Shown here in pieces: positions 29,100-39,219 of a stretch of 64,000 bases of DNA. Numbering within the stretch: position 1 is the first letter of the stretch; each line of letters opens with the position of its first letter. The stretch is taken from contig CAZLTL010000013.1 in assembly GCA_964562525.1 (NCBI GenBank), positions 16,698 to 80,697 on the forward strand, in the 5' to 3' direction. The stretch comes from an uncultured bacterium (GTDB taxonomy: Bacteria; Omnitrophota; Omnitrophia; Omnitrophales; Aquincolibacteriaceae). A model generated the notes under the pieces. It did not search any database and was not told where the DNA came from. It saw only the letters and a list, made by a program, of their open reading frames with translations. Position numbers and translations under genes: made by a program.

Positions 29100-29696
29100 A
29101 TGAAATTAATTAAAATGGTTTTGGTGTTTGTAGTTGGTTTCGCATTGATAGCGGGCTCGGCGTCGGCGCGTCCGGCGTGGCTTGATCGAAGACCCGAAGA
29201 AAAGCAAAGGCAAGTGATTCTCGAGCAGTCATCCGAAGTTTTGGGAAAGCTTTATCAATCTCAGCCTGAAGCGAAAGCCGCGGTGGAGAAAGCGTATGGT
29301 TACGCAACTTTCAGTAACTTTGGCGTCAAAATCTTTTTCGCCGGCAGCGGCAGCGGTCGCGGGTTGGCGGTCAACAACAAGACTCAGCAAAAGACTTTCA
29401 TGAATATGGCGGAAGTTCAGGCGGGACTTGGGCTGGGAGTCAAAAGCTTCATGCTGGTTTGGGTTTTTGACAATGAGCAGGTGTTTAATAGTTTTGTGAA
29501 CTCGGGCTGGGAATTAGGCGGACAAGCATCGGCTGCCGCGAAAGCGGGGGAAACAGGCGCGGCTTATCAGGGCGCCATTCAAATCGCTTCCGGCATTTAT
29601 GTTTATCAGCTGACCGGTTCGGGGTTAGCCGTTGAGCTTACCGCCAAAGGCACAAAATATTACAAAGACAATGACCTCAATAATGCCGGGAATTAA
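29100..29696 (+). CDS. SYLF (DUF500/Ysc84-like) lipid-binding domain protein, secreted
   Basis: Signal peptide. YATFSNFGVKIFFAGSGSGRGLAV ... and Gly-rich beta segments are characteristic of SYLF. Confidence 0.6.
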   Translation: MKLIKMVLVFVVGFALIAGSASARPAWLDRRPEEKQRQVILEQSSEVLGKLYQSQPEAKAAVEKAYGYATFSNFGVKIFFAGSGSGRGLAVNNKTQQKTFMNMAEVQAGLGLGVKSFMLVWVFDNEQVFNSFVNSGWELGGQASAAAKAGETGAAYQGAIQIASGIYVYQLTGSGLAVELTAKGTKYYKDNDLNNAGN

Positions 29697-29699
29697 ATA

Positions 29700-30014
29700 A
29701 TGGATTTCAATGAGATTCGCAACATCAATGAAGTGATCAGGATCGCTAAGCAGGCGCAACAAATGCGTGAGATTCAGCGAATCCAGCAGTTACTGCGGCT
29801 CAGTGCGCTTTTGAAGCAAATCAAAGATATACGGGAACAACAAGACACCATCAAACAATTTTGCGAAGAAAATAAGGATCAGTTTTGGCGCGGAGAAAAA
29901 CCATCTAAACAAGAGCTTGAAAGCTTGCGCGAACAAACCGGCTACGATCGAAAAGTTTGGAGTGATATTGTCCGCGAACTTTTAGGCGAGCCTCCGCCGG
30001 GTTCTGTTAAGTAA
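29700..30014 (+). CDS. hypothetical coiled-coil protein
   Basis: 104 aa, Q/E/R/K-rich, with a heptad pattern. Confidence 0.45.
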   Translation: MDFNEIRNINEVIRIAKQAQQMREIQRIQQLLRLSALLKQIKDIREQQDTIKQFCEENKDQFWRGEKPSKQELESLREQTGYDRKVWSDIVRELLGEPPPGSVK

Positions 30015-30020
30015 ACCGGA

Positions 30021-30941
30021 ATGAATACGAAGATTCTGCGAATTGCCAGTGTTGCAATTTATGTTTTGTTAGCAAGCAGCCCCTTGGTTTTTGCGGAGCT
30101 TGAAATTAGCGCGAAAGAAAAACAGGTCGCGGATAAAATGCGCAGCAACGCGATCGCTTTGGAATCGAGCGGAAACTTTAACGAAGCCATCAAGAAATAC
30201 AATAAATCGATTGAGTGGAATCCTTTGGATGAAACCACTTATGTCGGACGCGCGCGCTTATATGAAAAGATGGGGATGACGGAAGATGCCTTTTCTGATT
30301 TGCATCAAGCGCTCAAAATCAACCCCGAGTCATTGCTGGTACTTACCGAGCGCGGGCTGCTTTTACTCAAATATCAAAAACCGGAAGAAGCTGTGCGGGA
30401 TTTTAAAAAAGCCGTCGCGCTTAGCCCGGATTTTGTTTCCGGATACTTAAATCTTGCCGAAATTGAAATGCGTTCGGGGAATAAAGACGGAGCGTTTGAT
30501 TATTTATCCCAAGCTATTCAAGTAAATCCCACCGCGGCTGAGCCTTATTTGCGGCGAGGAAACATGTATTTTGAAGCGCAGGATTTTGACCGCGCAATTC
30601 TGGATTATAAACAGGCGCTTCGTTTGAATCCTGTATTGCTGGATGCCCAGTTTAACCGCGGAATCAGCCTTTATAAGAAGGGACGGCATGAAGAGGCTGT
30701 CTCTCATTTCAGCCGTGCGATTGATATGACCCGGAAATGGGCCATTTTTTACTGTTGGCGAGGGTTAAATTATTATGCTCTCGGAAAATTTGAGCAAGCT
30801 TTTATGGACTATAATGAGTCGCCCAATAATGACGAAGAAGGTCTTTGTTACGAGTCTTTTATGCGTGATTTTCCGGATAAAAATCCGGCTGACAGAGCTG
30901 ATTTTCACGCCAAGATTATGCAGGTTCTTCGGCATCGCTAG
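30021..30941 (+). CDS. tetratricopeptide-repeat protein, secreted
   Basis: Signal peptide and 6-7 TPR-like 34-residue units (A..Y...I...P....Y..RG.). Confidence 0.7.
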   Translation: MNTKILRIASVAIYVLLASSPLVFAELEISAKEKQVADKMRSNAIALESSGNFNEAIKKYNKSIEWNPLDETTYVGRARLYEKMGMTEDAFSDLHQALKINPESLLVLTERGLLLLKYQKPEEAVRDFKKAVALSPDFVSGYLNLAEIEMRSGNKDGAFDYLSQAIQVNPTAAEPYLRRGNMYFEAQDFDRAILDYKQALRLNPVLLDAQFNRGISLYKKGRHEEAVSHFSRAIDMTRKWAIFYCWRGLNYYALGKFEQAFMDYNESPNNDEEGLCYESFMRDFPDKNPADRADFHAKIMQVLRHR

Positions 30942-30971
30942 TTTTAATTTTTAAATACGAGAAGAGGTTTT

Positions 30972-32021
30972 ATGATTTTAGTTCAGGGCTATGCCGCGAA
31001 AAAAGCAAAAGCAAAACTCGCACCGTTTCAATTTAAGCGCCGCGATCCCAAGCCGCATGATGTCGTGATTGATATTCATTATTGCGGAATTTGCCATTCC
31101 GATATTCATCAAGCGCGCGACGAATGGGGCGGAGCTACTTTCCCGATGGTGCCGGGGCATGAAATGGTCGGCGCGGTGCGTTCAGTCGGCTCCAAGGTCA
31201 AAAAATTCAAGGTTGGTGATTTTGTCGGCGTGGGATGCATGGTGGATTCGTGCCGTAGCTGTTCTCCGTGCAAAGAGCATCTCCAGCAGTTTTGTGAAAA
31301 TGGCCCGAGCTTTTCTTACAATAGCAAAGAGCAGGACGGCAAAACCAAAACTCAGGGTGGGTATTCAACCGCGATTGTAACGAATGAAGATTTTGTTTTA
31401 AAAATTCCAAAAAATCTTCCGCTCGACGCGGCGGCGCCTTTACTTTGCGCGGGCATTACGCTTTATTCGCCGCTGAAACATTGGGGCGCGGGCAAAGGCA
31501 AGAAAGTGGCGATTATAGGTTTGGGCGGTCTTGGACATATGGGCGTAAAGCTTGCCCACGCCATGGGTGCTGATGTGACAGTATTGAGCCAGTCTTTGAA
31601 AAAGAAAAAGGACGCGCTGCGGTTGGGGGCGGATCATTTTTATGCGACTGCGGATAAGAAAACTTTTACCAAACTAAAAAAGAATTTTGATTTGATTATC
31701 AATACTGTTTCCGCAGAAATCGACTGGAACCAATATTTAGATTTGGTAAAAATCGACGGCACCATGGTTTTGGTCGGCGTGCCTGAGAAAAATATTCCGG
31801 TTGGAGCCTCTTCGCTGATTATGGGGCGCAGAGCATTGGCGGGGTCCCTCATCGGGGGAATTAAGGAAACGCAAGAAATGCTTAACTTTTGCGGTAAACA
31901 TAACATTGTGTCTGATATTGAATTGATCGATCCCAAGCAAATCAACGAAGCCTATGAGCGTATTCTTAAAAGCGATGTACGTTACCGTTTTGTGATTAAT
32001 ACCGCGTCTATGAGGCAATGA
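30972..32021 (+). CDS. Zn-dependent NADP alcohol dehydrogenase (cinnamyl-ADH/YahK-like)
   Basis: GHEMVGAV catalytic Zn site, structural Zn Cys cluster [15 protein letters not shown], and GLGGLGHMG cofactor loop. Confidence 0.85.
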   Translation: MILVQGYAAKKAKAKLAPFQFKRRDPKPHDVVIDIHYCGICHSDIHQARDEWGGATFPMVPGHEMVGAVRSVGSKVKKFKVGDFVGVGCMVDSCRSCSPCKEHLQQFCENGPSFSYNSKEQDGKTKTQGGYSTAIVTNEDFVLKIPKNLPLDAAAPLLCAGITLYSPLKHWGAGKGKKVAIIGLGGLGHMGVKLAHAMGADVTVLSQSLKKKKDALRLGADHFYATADKKTFTKLKKNFDLIINTVSAEIDWNQYLDLVKIDGTMVLVGVPEKNIPVGASSLIMGRRALAGSLIGGIKETQEMLNFCGKHNIVSDIELIDPKQINEAYERILKSDVRYRFVINTASMRQ

Positions 32022-32386
32022 AAATGTTGGCGGATATCACGGAAGATGGAATTCGAAAATTAGTAAACTTATTTTACGTTAAGATCCGTGCCGATTCCGA
32101 GTTGGGGCCGGTATTTAACCAAGCCATTCCCGAAGAAGCCTGGCCGGCGCATTTGGATAAGCTGTGTGATTTTTGGTCATCGGTGGTTCTTAAAACAGGC
32201 CGGTATTCCGGTAATCCTCCGCGCAAGCACATGGAACTGCCGCCTTTTCCGCCGGAGTTGTTTGACCGCTGGCTGAAGATTTTTGCTGAAACCGCGCATG
32301 AGGTCTTTGAACCTTTGCCGGCGAGGGAGTTTGTTAATGCCAGTGAGATTATTGCCCAGGCGCTGAAGCATCGACTTTACTCCTAA
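32018..32386 (+). CDS. truncated hemoglobin-like (bacterial globin family) protein
   Basis: 122 aa. Pattern F..V..D..L...F......HL..M..FW....G..Y.G......H..L....F..WL..F is typical of group II/III truncated globins. Confidence 0.5.
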   Translation: MKMLADITEDGIRKLVNLFYVKIRADSELGPVFNQAIPEEAWPAHLDKLCDFWSSVVLKTGRYSGNPPRKHMELPPFPPELFDRWLKIFAETAHEVFEPLPAREFVNASEIIAQALKHRLYS

Positions 32387-32479
32387 AATTAATTCTGTAT
32401 TTTGTTAAGCTTTGCTTAACAGCGGCTGTTAAATAGCTTAAAATGCCGCTCGTTCAGGAATTAAAACCAGAAGAGATTT

Positions 32480-33457
32480 ATGTCTGTTCAATTACAAACC
32501 ATTCATCAAAAAATAATGCTACGCGCTGTGAGCGTGAGCTTTTTCGGCAATATTATTTTGTTTGTTATCAAGCTAACCGCGCTTTTGATGGTGAAGTCAC
32601 TTGCCATCGCGACTGACTTGGGCATCACCGTTGTGGGCTTGATTGTTTCCGCTGTTTTGTATTATTCGATTCGACTTGCCAGCCGTCCCGCGGATATGCT
32701 TCATAATTACGGTTACGGCAAAGTCGAGCATGTTTGCGAAGCTCTGGAAGGCGTAGTGCTGATCGGTATCGCCTTGGTGATGACGGTGCAGGCGATCGGG
32801 CATATTGTTCATCCGCATGCCGCGGTCGCGAATCCTTGGCTTGGTTTTGCATTCAGCGTCGTGGGCTGTGTGATTAATTTTATCGGGGCTTTTTGGATTT
32901 TGAAATTGGCGGAAAAATGCCAGTCGCCCGCGGTGGAAGCGGAGGGTTTGCATTATAAATTGGAAGGTTTTATTTCTCTTACCGTTTCTGTCGCGTTTGT
33001 CGCAACCGCAGTTTTGGCATTGACGCCTCTGGCTCCGTGGGCGGTTTATTTGGATCCGGCCGCGACTTTGGCGGTCGCACTTTTAATTACCTGGCCTTCA
33101 TTTAAATTGGCACAGCATGCTTTCTTGAAATTACTGGATGTGTCGCTTGAAGAAAGCGGAAAAATTGAGTTGATGGGTCGGCTCGCGCAGTTTATGGATC
33201 GCACTTGTGAGTTTCGCGATGTGCGCAGCCGTACCGCGGGAAGAACCACGTTTGTGGAGCTGAAACTGGTTTTGCCGAAAGTGCTTTCGTTTGTGAAGGC
33301 GAATGAATTTGCATCCGAAGTCGGGCGTGACTTGCAGAAAAGCATTCCGCACAGTGAAACGTCCGTCAAAGCGATTCCTTGCGCGGAAGATTGTTCTTAT
33401 CTCGCTGAAGGCCAGCCCTGCCCTTATTTGGCTCCTCTGCAAAAAGATTCGCAGTGA
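32480..33457 (+). CDS. cation diffusion facilitator (CDF) family metal efflux transporter
   Basis: 6 TM helices, a conserved TM2/TM5 pattern with H/D residues, and a C-terminal cytoplasmic domain. Confidence 0.75.
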   Translation: MSVQLQTIHQKIMLRAVSVSFFGNIILFVIKLTALLMVKSLAIATDLGITVVGLIVSAVLYYSIRLASRPADMLHNYGYGKVEHVCEALEGVVLIGIALVMTVQAIGHIVHPHAAVANPWLGFAFSVVGCVINFIGAFWILKLAEKCQSPAVEAEGLHYKLEGFISLTVSVAFVATAVLALTPLAPWAVYLDPAATLAVALLITWPSFKLAQHAFLKLLDVSLEESGKIELMGRLAQFMDRTCEFRDVRSRTAGRTTFVELKLVLPKVLSFVKANEFASEVGRDLQKSIPHSETSVKAIPCAEDCSYLAEGQPCPYLAPLQKDSQ

Positions 33458-33496
33458 ATTTGAGAGTCATTTGAAGGTTCAGCCAAGAGACTTGAT

Positions 33497-34258
33497 ATGA
33501 AAAAAAACTCGATAGAAAAGTTGCATTCATCGCATACCACCGCCGCGATTGAAGCCCGGCTTAAAGAAGGTTCACGGCACAGTTATTTGCGCGACTTTAT
33601 TTATGGTTCAGTGGATGGCGCGGTGACGACCTTTGCGGTCGTGGCGGGTGTGGCCGGCGCGAAGCTTGCCGCCGGCATTGTCATTATTTTGGGAGTCGCG
33701 AATCTTGTTGCCGACGGGTTCAGTATGGCTGTGAGTAATTATTTGGGGACGCGCGCGGAAAATGAGCTGCGTGATCTCGCGCGTCGGATGGAAGAAGAGC
33801 ATATTGATTTAGTTCCCGAAGGCGAGCGTGAAGAAGTCCGGCAAATTTATGCCGCCAAAGGGTTTTCGGGCGAAGAGCTTGAAAATGTGGTGAAGGTGAT
33901 TACTTCGAACCGTGAAGAATGGATTAATACCATGCTGAAAGAAGAGTGGGGCTTTTCGGCAACGGCTATTTCACCGATCAGGGCCGCAGCGGTGACATGG
34001 ATTGCATTTATTGCCGTGGGGTCTCTGCCATTAATTGCTTTTTTAGTTCAGGCGCTGAAGCTGCCGCTTCAGTTTGATCCTTTTCAAGTCAGTATTGTCA
34101 TGACCGGTGTCGCGTTCTTTGTCGTCGGGGCATTCAAAAGCCGTTTTGTTGGGCATTCCTGGTGGCGGTCAGGTCTTGAAACCTTTCTGGTTGGAAGCTT
34201 TGCTGCCGGGCTGGCGTATTTGGCGGGGGTTCTGCTCCGTGCATGGGTTCCTGTTTAG
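33497..34258 (+). CDS. VIT1/CCC1 family iron/manganese transporter
   Basis: DFIYGSVDGAVTTFAVVAGVAGA and C-terminal TM helices, with a central ferritin-like helical region. Confidence 0.7.
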   Translation: MKKNSIEKLHSSHTTAAIEARLKEGSRHSYLRDFIYGSVDGAVTTFAVVAGVAGAKLAAGIVIILGVANLVADGFSMAVSNYLGTRAENELRDLARRMEEEHIDLVPEGEREEVRQIYAAKGFSGEELENVVKVITSNREEWINTMLKEEWGFSATAISPIRAAAVTWIAFIAVGSLPLIAFLVQALKLPLQFDPFQVSIVMTGVAFFVVGAFKSRFVGHSWWRSGLETFLVGSFAAGLAYLAGVLLRAWVPV

Positions 34259-34357
34259 GTTGCTTAAGCCTTTTAAATTTGAGATCAAGAGATCTGCTTC
34301 ATCGGCCGAAAATAAGGGGTGGTTCCGATAATGTTCGATTACCCAGGTAGGGCTTGA

Positions 34358-34732
34358 ATGAATGTGACGCGTAAAAAAGTTTTGGCAATCGATGATGAAG
34401 TTGAAATTCTTGACTCTGTAAGAGAAGACCTCGAAGCTGCCGGATATGAAGTCCGGGTGGCCAATAATGGCAGCTTGGGATTTCAAATCGCCCAAGAGTT
34501 TGAGCCCGACATGATTTTTCTCGATATCAGTATGCCGCGGATGAACGGCTTTCAATTTCTTGATAAGCTGGGCGCCGACCCCCGAATCGGACAAACACCG
34601 GTTGTGATGATTTCCGGTTACGGCGACACCGACAATATTTTTAAAGCACAAGCTTCCCGTTATGTCCGCGATTTTGTGATCAAGCCCTTTCAGGCGATTG
34701 ACTTGATTGACATGATGCGCCGGCATGCATAG
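34358..34732 (+). CDS. single-domain response regulator (CheY-like receiver)
   Basis: Asp pocket (DDE ... DISMP ... K), 124 aa. Confidence 0.8.
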   Translation: MNVTRKKVLAIDDEVEILDSVREDLEAAGYEVRVANNGSLGFQIAQEFEPDMIFLDISMPRMNGFQFLDKLGADPRIGQTPVVMISGYGDTDNIFKAQASRYVRDFVIKPFQAIDLIDMMRRHA

Positions 34733-34783
34733 CGCACCGTTAGCGGTGTGTGAATAAGCTTGATGGTTTTATCCGCTTAATTT

Positions 34784-35278
34784 ATGCCTGAATCCTTCTC
34801 TTCCAAAATCATGCGTTGGAAATTTAACTTTTTCCCCGCTTATCGTTCGAGCGGCGCTCGAGTGACTTATATTTCATCTGATTTTCTTGAAATGCGGATC
34901 AAGTTGGCGCTGACAAGCAAAACGCGCAATTATGTCGGAACTATGTTTGGCGGCAGTATGTACGCTTCAGTTGACCCGATTTACATGATGATGTTAATTA
35001 AAGTCTTGGGACCCGATTATGTCGTTTGGGACAAAGCCGCTGTAATCCGATTCAAAAAGCCCGGCCGCTCAGAATTGGCTGCTCGTTTTGTATTGGAGCC
35101 GCATGAAATTGACACGATCCGGGCGCTCTTAACCGAGCATCATTCGGTGGATCGGATATATAATGTCGAGCTTAAAGACCAGGCTGGCGTGGTTTGTGCT
35201 GAGGTGGAAAAGACGCTCTATATACGGCGTAAAGATCATGCACATGCTTTTCGTGTTCCGAGAAAACAGCAATCTTAA
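34784..35278 (+). CDS. hotdog-fold protein (DUF4442/thioesterase-like)
   Basis: 164 aa. Weak recall of the DUF4442 pattern (GTMFGGSMYASVDP). Confidence 0.35.
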   Translation: MPESFSSKIMRWKFNFFPAYRSSGARVTYISSDFLEMRIKLALTSKTRNYVGTMFGGSMYASVDPIYMMMLIKVLGPDYVVWDKAAVIRFKKPGRSELAARFVLEPHEIDTIRALLTEHHSVDRIYNVELKDQAGVVCAEVEKTLYIRRKDHAHAFRVPRKQQS

Positions 35279-35297
35279 AAATAAAAAGGAAAATCAA

Positions 35298-35873
35298 ATG
35301 AAAAAATTAATTTTAACAGTGCTTACGTTAGCGTTTATTCAAACCGCGGCTTTCGCTGAGACTTACGCGGTTCAAGCGGATGCTTCAGAGGTGAAATGGA
35401 CAGCGACCAAAGTAACGGGAAAACATTTCGGAAAAATCAATATTGCTTCGGGAGCGATTGAATTTACTGACGGACAATTTTCAGGCGGAGAAGCGGTGAT
35501 TGATACGGCTTCTTTGACCGTGGAAGATTTGCAGGGCGGCGGCAAAGAGAAACTGACGAATCATTTGAAAAGCGCTGATTTTTTTGATGTAGCGGCTTTT
35601 CCAAATGCATCGATAAAAATTACCGAAGTGAAGCCTGCGGGGGAAAACCTGTACGACGTCACCGCGAATTTGACGATTAAAAATACGACAAAACCTGTTT
35701 CGTTTCAGGCGAAGGTCGATAAAAGTGAATCCGGCGTCACGGCCTTGGCAACCATTCTGATTGACCGCACGGCTTATGACATTCGCTATGGTTCCGGTAA
35801 GTTTTTTGAAAACCTGGGTGATAAAACCATTCACGACACTTTTACTTTAGATGTGTCCGTTTCAGCCGCTTAA
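35298..35873 (+). CDS. YceI-family periplasmic polyisoprenoid-binding protein
   Basis: Signal peptide, 8-strand beta-barrel YceI pattern (from the ATG at 35298; the ORF-track start at 35163 is upstream of the RBS). Confidence 0.7.
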   Translation: MKKLILTVLTLAFIQTAAFAETYAVQADASEVKWTATKVTGKHFGKINIASGAIEFTDGQFSGGEAVIDTASLTVEDLQGGGKEKLTNHLKSADFFDVAAFPNASIKITEVKPAGENLYDVTANLTIKNTTKPVSFQAKVDKSESGVTALATILIDRTAYDIRYGSGKFFENLGDKTIHDTFTLDVSVSAA

Positions 35874-35880
35874 TTAATTT

Positions 35881-36915
35881 ATGCCGGATCAAAAGTGGGT
35901 CAAAATTGGAATTACGGAAGCTCTTAAGAAAAAAGAGCTTCAAACAGTTGAGGTTGAAGGTGTCCGAATCGCGCTTTCGTTTCGCGATGGGAAGTTTGGC
36001 GCAATTTCCGGAAACTGTTTGCATTTCAACGGCCCGCTTGGCGACGGAACGGTCAATAAAGATGATTTTGTAGTTTGCCCTTGGCATAGCTGGCATTTTC
36101 ACCGGGTGACGGGCGAGGCCCGCCCCGGAATTCCGGCCGCGGTTCCGAGGTATGAACTTAAAGAAGAGTGCGGAGAGCTTTATTTAAATTTAAACGCGGT
36201 GACACAGGCAAAGCATGCGCATCATCCCGCGCATCCTTTGCAAAGAGAAATTGTCCGTGCGCCCGGGCCTTTGCGCGTTGCGGGTATTTCCACCACTGTG
36301 ATGAACAAAGATTTTCCGCGATATTCCACTTCGGAGTCTCTGTTGGAAGAAGCGCTTAAGCACGCGAATTCCAAGCACGGCGCCGAAACTAAATTGATCC
36401 GCTTGAATGATCTCAAATTTCGCGCTTGTGAAGGCTACTATTCCAAGAATGAGAAAGCCTGCACTTGGCCTTGTACAATCACGCAAATGGACCCCGAGGA
36501 TGAACTGACGGTGGTTTATGACGCGCTTGTCTTTTGGGCCGATGTCGTGATTGTTTCCACGCCGATTCGCTGGGGTGGAGCCAGCTCGCTTTACTATAAA
36601 ATGATTGAGCGTATGAATGCGATTCAGAATCAAATGACGGTAGAGGGGCGCGCTCTCATCCAAAAAAAGACAGCTGCATTTATTATTACCGGTGGACAGG
36701 ACAATGTGCAGGCGGTTGCCGGGCAAATGCTGACTTTTTTTGGGGAGTTGGGATTTGTTTTTCCTCCGTTCCCATTTATCGCTCATACGCTTGGCTGGAG
36801 TGCCGAAGATATGGAAGCTAACATTTCGTCTGTGCGCCAAAGTGAAACTCTCAAAGAAAGCGCGCGTGAGCTTGTCGATCGTTCGCTTGCGCATGCGGGC
36901 TTGCTTGTCCGGTAA
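35881..36915 (+). CDS. Rieske [2Fe-2S] domain fused to an NADPH-dependent FMN reductase (flavodoxin-like) domain
   Basis: CLHFNGPLG ... CPWHSWHF Rieske ligands at the N-terminus. VVIVSTPIRWGGASSLYYKMIERMN flavodoxin-like reductase at the C-terminus. Confidence 0.7.
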   Translation: MPDQKWVKIGITEALKKKELQTVEVEGVRIALSFRDGKFGAISGNCLHFNGPLGDGTVNKDDFVVCPWHSWHFHRVTGEARPGIPAAVPRYELKEECGELYLNLNAVTQAKHAHHPAHPLQREIVRAPGPLRVAGISTTVMNKDFPRYSTSESLLEEALKHANSKHGAETKLIRLNDLKFRACEGYYSKNEKACTWPCTITQMDPEDELTVVYDALVFWADVVIVSTPIRWGGASSLYYKMIERMNAIQNQMTVEGRALIQKKTAAFIITGGQDNVQAVAGQMLTFFGELGFVFPPFPFIAHTLGWSAEDMEANISSVRQSETLKESARELVDRSLAHAGLLVR

Positions 36916-36927
36916 AAGGGTATTCAG

Positions 36928-37215
36928 GTGAAGAAAGTTAATGCTGGATCAGAAGCGATTTGGTTTGAAGAAATTCCGAACGTGGGCAAACGCATCGCGC
37001 GAGACTTTAAAAAGCTAGGCTGTTCGGCTCCCGGGGATTTAAAAGGAAAAGATCCTTTCAAGTTGTATCAAAAGTTATGCAAGTTAACCAAAACCCGCCA
37101 AGACCCTTGCGTGCTGGATGTTTTTACGGCGGCCGTTGATTTTATGAACGGCGCCGCGGCAAAGCCGTGGTGGCGGTATACGGCCGAGCGCAAAAAGAAT
37201 TACCCTGATATTTAA
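36928..37215 (+). CDS. helix-hairpin-helix domain protein (TfoX C-terminal-like)
   Basis: 95 aa with an IPNVGKRIARDF ... HhH-like motif. Confidence 0.35.
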   Translation: MKKVNAGSEAIWFEEIPNVGKRIARDFKKLGCSAPGDLKGKDPFKLYQKLCKLTKTRQDPCVLDVFTAAVDFMNGAAAKPWWRYTAERKKNYPDI

Positions 37216-37271
37216 ACCGGAACTGTGGATGGGATTTGTAACCTTGCTTGCTGAGATAGAGAGTTTTAAAT

Positions 37272-38036
37272 ATGAGCAGCAGTGAAGAAAAAGGGCTGAT
37301 CGCGCTGTGCGCGGGAATTATATTTGGAACGATTGCTTTTTTTAAGGGATTCAGCGTTCGCGAGAAGAAGCGGCTGATTGAGAATATCCCCACTTCCACT
37401 GTGCGAGGGATGGCCGTTGGGCTTGTTGAGGTTAAGGGGAAGGCGGTTTGCATTGAGCAGCCTTTGACCAGTCATTTCGCGAAAGCACCCTGTGTCTTCT
37501 TTCGTTATAAAGTTGAGGAGCTTCGCAGTTCCGGTAAAAACAGCCGTTGGGTGACGATCGCATCTTACTCCAGCACCAATTACTTTTATCTGGAAGACGA
37601 AACGGGAAGGGTGGCCGTTGATCCTCTGGATGCGGATCTGCATTTGAACGTGGATCGTGAATTCAGTAGCGCGTTCGGCGGAAGGGCGAAGCCGGAATTT
37701 TTAGCGGGTCTTGCGGAGTTAGGGATTGATCCCAGCGGTTTTTTAGGCCTGAAGAAAAGTTTGCGTTGCGCGGAAACTTATATCGCGCCCGGTGATTTTA
37801 TTTACGTGATGGGAAATGCCTGCCCGGCTGTTTCGGGAAACTTTTCGGAAAAGGGTCATGAGAATTTATGCATCCGCAAAGAGCAGGCGCCCGTTTTTTG
37901 CCTTTCGGATCAAAGTGAAAAAGAGCTTTTGAAAAAACTAACGACCCAAATGATCCTGATGCTGTATGGCGGACCTGTGCTTACGGTTGTTTGTCTTTTT
38001 TTGTTAATTGCCCTATATTTTAAGCAGTATTTGTAA
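37272..38036 (+). CDS. membrane protein, GIDE-like domain (LemA-associated)
   Basis: N- and C-terminal TM helices flank a soluble domain. The gene is immediately upstream of lemA, the common GIDE/LemA pairing. Confidence 0.4.
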   Translation: MSSSEEKGLIALCAGIIFGTIAFFKGFSVREKKRLIENIPTSTVRGMAVGLVEVKGKAVCIEQPLTSHFAKAPCVFFRYKVEELRSSGKNSRWVTIASYSSTNYFYLEDETGRVAVDPLDADLHLNVDREFSSAFGGRAKPEFLAGLAELGIDPSGFLGLKKSLRCAETYIAPGDFIYVMGNACPAVSGNFSEKGHENLCIRKEQAPVFCLSDQSEKELLKKLTTQMILMLYGGPVLTVVCLFLLIALYFKQYL

Positions 38037-38050
38037 ACAAAGGAGCCGGC

Positions 38051-38608
38051 ATGAGTCTGATTGTTTTAGTTGGCGTGATTTTTTTGGTGTTGGGAATTGT
38101 CGGGTATTTTGTAGGCGTTTATAACGGATTGATTCAAGTCCGTCACAATGTGGATAAGGCTTGGGCGAATATTGACGTGCTTTTGAAGCAACGTCATGAT
38201 GAATTGCCGAAGCTGATTGATACCTGTAAAGGTTATATGAAGCATGAGCAATCGCTTTTGGAGAATATTACCAAGGCCCGCACATCGTTTTTGAACGCTT
38301 CAAGCATTGAAGATAAAACGAATGCCGAGAACGCGCTCAATAAAAGTTTAAAAACACTTTTTGCCGTTTCTGAAAATTATCCCGACCTGAAAGCCAATCA
38401 GAACTTTCTTCAATTGCAAGGCCGCGTGTCCGGACTTGAAAACGAAATCGCGGACCGGCGTGAATTTTTCAATGAAAGTGTGACTATTTTTAATGTGCGC
38501 ATTCAGCAGCTGCCGGATCTTTTTATCGCGAATATGCTCGCCTACAAGGTGCGTCCTTTGCTTGAGATTCCAAAAGAGGAAACTCAGGACGTTAAAATTC
38601 AGTTTTAA
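38051..38608 (+). CDS. lemA: LemA family protein
   Basis: N-terminal TM plus the conserved LemA core (NGLIQVRHNVDKAWANIDVLLKQRHDELP ... ENYPDLKANQNF ... LENEIADRREFFNESV). Confidence 0.85.
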   Translation: MSLIVLVGVIFLVLGIVGYFVGVYNGLIQVRHNVDKAWANIDVLLKQRHDELPKLIDTCKGYMKHEQSLLENITKARTSFLNASSIEDKTNAENALNKSLKTLFAVSENYPDLKANQNFLQLQGRVSGLENEIADRREFFNESVTIFNVRIQQLPDLFIANMLAYKVRPLLEIPKEETQDVKIQF

Positions 38609-38622
38609 TTTTTTATGAGAAG

Positions 38623-39126
38623 TTGGTTATGGTTGGTAAGCCTAAGTTAGAAAACCGCAAAGAACAGCCTTATTTAGGAATTCGCGCGAAAGTGAAAGCG
38701 AAGGAACTCGGAAAAACTCTACCCGCGTTGCACAACCAATTAGCGGATTGGATGGCCGGCAAATGCGTTGAGCCGGTCGGACATCCTTTTTTCCGATATC
38801 TTGTCATTGATGTGGAAAGCGGTTTTGAGATGGAAGTTGGCGTGCCGGTCGCGGCGGGGGTCAAGGGTGAAGGGAATATTCGCGAAGGCGTTCTTCCTGC
38901 CGGCTGTTACGCGACATTGCTTCATGCCGGCCATTTTTCAGGGCTGCGCGAAGCGAATCGGGCTTTGCTGGAATGGGCTGATAAAAACGAAATTGTTTTT
39001 CAGAAAGCCGATTTTGAGACCGGCGAGGTTTGGGAATGCAGCCTTGAAACGTATTTGAATGTCGGCCTGGAAAAAGACCCCGAAAAGTGGCAAACGGAAC
39101 TTGCTTTCCTTACCTTCGATAGCTGA
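38623..39126 (+). CDS. GyrI-like small-molecule-binding domain protein
   Basis: 167 aa with a duplicated beta-alpha-beta GyrI-like pattern. Confidence 0.5.
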   Translation: MVMVGKPKLENRKEQPYLGIRAKVKAKELGKTLPALHNQLADWMAGKCVEPVGHPFFRYLVIDVESGFEMEVGVPVAAGVKGEGNIREGVLPAGCYATLLHAGHFSGLREANRALLEWADKNEIVFQKADFETGEVWECSLETYLNVGLEKDPEKWQTELAFLTFDS

Positions 39127-39219
39127 AGGCCTTTTTTACCGCTTAGTCCGTTCGAATTGGGGTTGCTTGTTCCGTTTGAAGTGTTTTAGGATACGCACCT
39201 ACGAAATGATGGAGAAGAC

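Noticed and set aside
34169-34726. 185-aa minus-strand ORF.
   Set aside because: It overlaps a plus-strand response-regulator receiver with canonical Asp-pocket motifs. The plus-strand gene is preferred.
36190-36894. 234-aa minus-strand ORF.
   Set aside because: It lies inside the Rieske-flavoreductase fusion gene, which has clear cofactor motifs.
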